Below are positions 58,604 through 61,155 of a stretch of DNA of 61,155 nt, piece after piece. Location: positions 1 to 61,155 of IMG/VR virus record IMGVR_UViG_3300043395_003109; one strand, given 5' to 3'. The DNA is from a virus (lineage: Duplodnaviria > Caudoviricetes). Numbering within the stretch: the stretch's first letter is position 1; each line of letters begins with the position of its first letter. The notes beneath the pieces were generated by a model. It was not told the origin of the DNA, searched no databases, and saw nothing but the letters and a program-made list of their open reading frames with translations. A program made the position numbers and the translations under genes.

Positions 58604-59035
58604 ATGAAAATGACAAAAAAGTTTGATAAACTCAACGAAACCTTCAATGTCGATGGAGAAATAGTTCCTATCGAATCAGAGGCAGTTATTGAAAAAATTG
58701 AAAAAATATCAACAGTAGTTGATGATATTAAAAAAGATTATGATTATACTAGAGGTAATTTATATTCACTTATAGAAAAAGGTCAAGAAGCAATTAATGG
58801 AATTCTTGAACTTGCACAAGAAAGTGAGATGCCTCGTGCTTATGAAGTTGCAGGACAATTGATTAAGAACGTCGCTGATGCGACTGATAAATTAATGGAT
58901 CTTCAAAAGAAACTCAAAGATATTGAAGAAGAGAAGCAAAAAGGTCCGACAACAGTAAATAATGCACTATTTGTTGGTTCCACAGCAGAATTAGCAAAAC
59001 TACTAAAACAACAAACAGAAAATGAAAACGTTTAA
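58604..59035 (+). CDS. gp16: terminase small subunit gp16
   Basis: DYDYTRGNLY...PRAYEVAGQLIK...LFVGSTAEL. Confidence 0.93.
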   Translation: MKMTKKFDKLNETFNVDGEIVPIESEAVIEKIEKISTVVDDIKKDYDYTRGNLYSLIEKGQEAINGILELAQESEMPRAYEVAGQLIKNVADATDKLMDLQKKLKDIEEEKQKGPTTVNNALFVGSTAELAKLLKQQTENENV

Positions 59036-59177
59036 ACAGTTTCAAGAAGACTGGAGTAATAAATATAAAAAGAGTATTGATTGCTCAAATCCGAAAGGAT
59101 TCTCTCAACGTGCTCATTGTGCAGCGAGAAGAAAAAGAGCAAAAGGTGAGCAGACTAAATCAAAACCAGTTGAATAA
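59022..59177 (+). CDS. small CTS-bearing protein (putative internal head protein)
   Basis: 51 aa, not in track: MKTFKQFQEDWSNKYKKSIDCSNPKGFSQRAHC... Confidence 0.65.
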   Translation: MKTFKQFQEDWSNKYKKSIDCSNPKGFSQRAHCAARRKRAKGEQTKSKPVE

Positions 59178-61155
59178 TGCCCAAGATCAAGTCACATAAA
59201 ACAGTTGAGCAAATTGCAAAGAAGCATCGTCTTGATGTTTCTTTCATACAGAAGCAACTTGATATGGGCGAACCCATTGAACACGAGCATACAAAAGATC
59301 ATGAACTTGCAATGGATATTGCACTTCAACATCTGGATGAAATTCCAGATTATTATACTCGTTTGAAAAAAATGGAAGCAGATGCTAAAAAGCATCATAA
59401 AAAGTTTAAAGATGTAAAAGAAGATGTTGATGGTGTTGATGATATGGATTCTCCAATCCAATATCATAACGCACATTCTGTACATTTAGAATTTGATAAA
59501 AGATACTGTCCAAAGTGTAAAAAAGTTCAGTTAAGAAGTGAATGTAAATATGGTCCAACTTGTTGGGATATATACTCAATTCCTGCAAAGTTAAAAGAAG
59601 AAACTAAATCTGGAGATGAAGGTCTTCATGACTGGTTTGGAAAATCAAAATCATCTGACGGTAAAAAAGGGTGGGTTCAACTTGGTGGTAAATGGTCAGG
59701 TAAACCATGTGCTCGTCAACCTGGACAAACTTCAACACCAAAGTGCGGAAGTTCTAAAATAAAAAGAGATTTAAGTGCTAAAGAAGAGGAAGCAGCAAGA
59801 CGTAGAAAAAATATTCAAGATCCAAATCAACCACAAAAAACTGGTGCAGCAAAACCAACAAACGTTAGAACTGAAGAAATGGACTTACAAGAAGTAAAAG
59901 ACAAACCAGGTAAAGGTAGTGGTAAAAAAGACGCCTGTTACCATAAAGTAAAGTCTAGGTATGATGTTTGGCCAAGTGCATATGCATCAGGAGCACTTGT
60001 CAAGTGTCGTAAAGTTGGTGCTGCAAACTGGGGAACAAAATCGGAGGAAACTATGCACGAAGAAGAAAGATATTGTCCTTTATGTGATAAAAGAGAAACA
60101 AGATCTGAATGCTCTTACGGAGGAAAAGCATGGGATAAAGTTTCCGTAAAAGATGAAGAATATTCAATGGCAAGATCGGAACTTAAAACGATTGAAGATG
60201 CAGTAAAGAGACTTAAAGCAAAAGTTGGTAAAGGAGAAGGTGATATAGAAGCATGGGTACAATCAAAGATTACCAAAGCAGCGGATTATATCGATACTGC
60301 AGCAGATTATATTGCAAGTGGTGAAATGGAAGAATCTGTTGGGTTTGAGATTGACCCATCAGCACATAAAATTGCAAGAAAAAGAGAAAAAATTAGAACT
60401 TTAGTTTCTAAAGGAATAGGTGGAGAAAAAGATGTTGCATCTAAAAAGTTAGGTGCAACTACAGAACTACCAAAAATCAAAGAAGAAAAATTAGTTGATA
60501 AAATTTTAGATGATGCTTTATCCGAAAAGTGTTGGCCTGGTTATAAAAAGAAAGGTATGAAAACTATGTTTGGAAAAAGATATCCAAACTGTGTAAAAGT
60601 CGAAGATGTTACCATTGAAGACGCTGATGGTAATACTTTTGCAGAAGTAGTTGATTTAATCAAACCAGAACCAATTAAAGGATTTAAGTCTCAAGTAGAT
60701 GAAGCAACAAGACTTCAAGCACAAACAGGTAACGTTGTTGCAGTAACTCTTTCCTGGAGAGGAAAATATTATTCTATGAAGGTGTTCTTTCCTCAAGTAA
60801 AGACTCCCACAAGAAAAGAAATAAACGATGAACTTCAAAAAGTTTATCCAGGATCAATGGTTGTTTATCATTCAGTATCAGAAATTCAACCAGGCCAACC
60901 ACTTATTCAAGCATTTGGACCTCAAGGAGGAAGTGTAGCAAAACCAGGACCAAATAAAAATTATGTAAAACCAATGGGAGAAGAAGTTGAGATTGATGAA
61001 GATTGGCAAAAAGTCAATCGTCAAGATAAAACTGCAGGATTAAGCAAGGCTGCTGTTGCTGCTTATCGTAGAGAAAATCCGGGTTCAAAACTTCAGACTG
61101 CAGTTACTGAAAAAAACCCAGAAGGTAAAAGAGCAAAGCGTCGTGCATCTTTTTG
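59177..61155 (+). CDS. modular late protein (partial; runs off the window end)
   Basis: Open frame of 659 codons from ATG 59177 (MPKIKSHKTVEQ...), translated by hand with no stop; absent from track. Confidence 0.8.
   Translation, partial: MPKIKSHKTVEQIAKKHRLDVSFIQKQLDMGEPIEHEHTKDHELAMDIALQHLDEIPDYYTRLKKMEADAKKHHKKFKDVKEDVDGVDDMDSPIQYHNAHSVHLEFDKRYCPKCKKVQLRSECKYGPTCWDIYSIPAKLKEETKSGDEGLHDWFGKSKSSDGKKGWVQLGGKWSGKPCARQPGQTSTPKCGSSKIKRDLSAKEEEAARRRKNIQDPNQPQKTGAAKPTNVRTEEMDLQEVKDKPGKGSGKKDACYHKVKSRYDVWPSAYASGALVKCRKVGAANWGTKSEETMHEEERYCPLCDKRETRSECSYGGKAWDKVSVKDEEYSMARSELKTIEDAVKRLKAKVGKGEGDIEAWVQSKITKAADYIDTAADYIASGEMEESVGFEIDPSAHKIARKREKIRTLVSKGIGGEKDVASKKLGATTELPKIKEEKLVDKILDDALSEKCWPGYKKKGMKTMFGKRYPNCVKVEDVTIEDADGNTFAEVVDLIKPEPIKGFKSQVDEATRLQAQTGNVVAVTLSWRGKYYSMKVFFPQVKTPTRKEINDELQKVYPGSMVVYHSVSEIQPGQPLIQAFGPQGGSVAKPGPNKNYVKPMGEEVEIDEDWQKVNRQDKTAGLSKAAVAAYRRENPGSKLQTAVTEKNPEGKRAKRRASF

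Noticed and set aside
252-60838. Minus-strand ORFs in the track (e.g. 18092..18799, 11030..11467, 42511..42903)
   Set aside because: Essentially all shadow convincing + strand genes or promoter elements and show no recognisable motifs
1-61155. tRNA/rRNA genes, psbA/hli-type genes, reverse transcriptase/DGR/retron, introns or inteins
   Set aside because: None recognised by eye; tRNAscan-SE and Infernal would be needed to exclude RNAs formally

Overview
A 61-kb segment of a T4-like myophage genome, most likely a cyanophage (Kyanoviridae-like; inferred from gene order and protein motifs, host not determinable here). All credible genes are on the + strand. (1) 1-28.2 kb is an accessory/early region of mostly tiny hypothetical ORFs. 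It also holds a GIY-YIG/NUMOD3 homing endonuclease, an SF2 helicase, two PD-(D/E)XK nuclease + adenine methyltransferase pairs, and ParB-, AbrB- and RNA-ligase-like proteins. Between 10.2 and 27.4 kb it is divided by 13 copies of a 22-bp palindrome lying 51-53 bp upstream of a sigma70 -10 box. Four late-promoter genes are inserted in this region. (2) Two non-coding zones lie at ~26.3-26.7 kb (with a minus-strand promoter; candidate origin or ncRNA) and ~28.2-28.4 kb. (3) 28.4-31.2 kb holds small conserved genes and a GT2-like glycosyltransferase. (4) 31.2-61.2 kb is the structural block gp25-gp6-gp7(3988 aa)-gp8-VrlC-like(2613 aa)-gp13-gp14-gp15-gp16, followed by a modular polyprotein-like ORF running off the window end. 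The best leads are the fixed-spacing palindromic promoter/cassette system, the dual-late-promoter antisense architecture in front of the homing endonuclease, the antisense promoter into non-coding DNA, a compact H-type pseudoknot, and proteins with T4-type capsid-targeting sequences. No database searches were run; family calls are from motif recognition.
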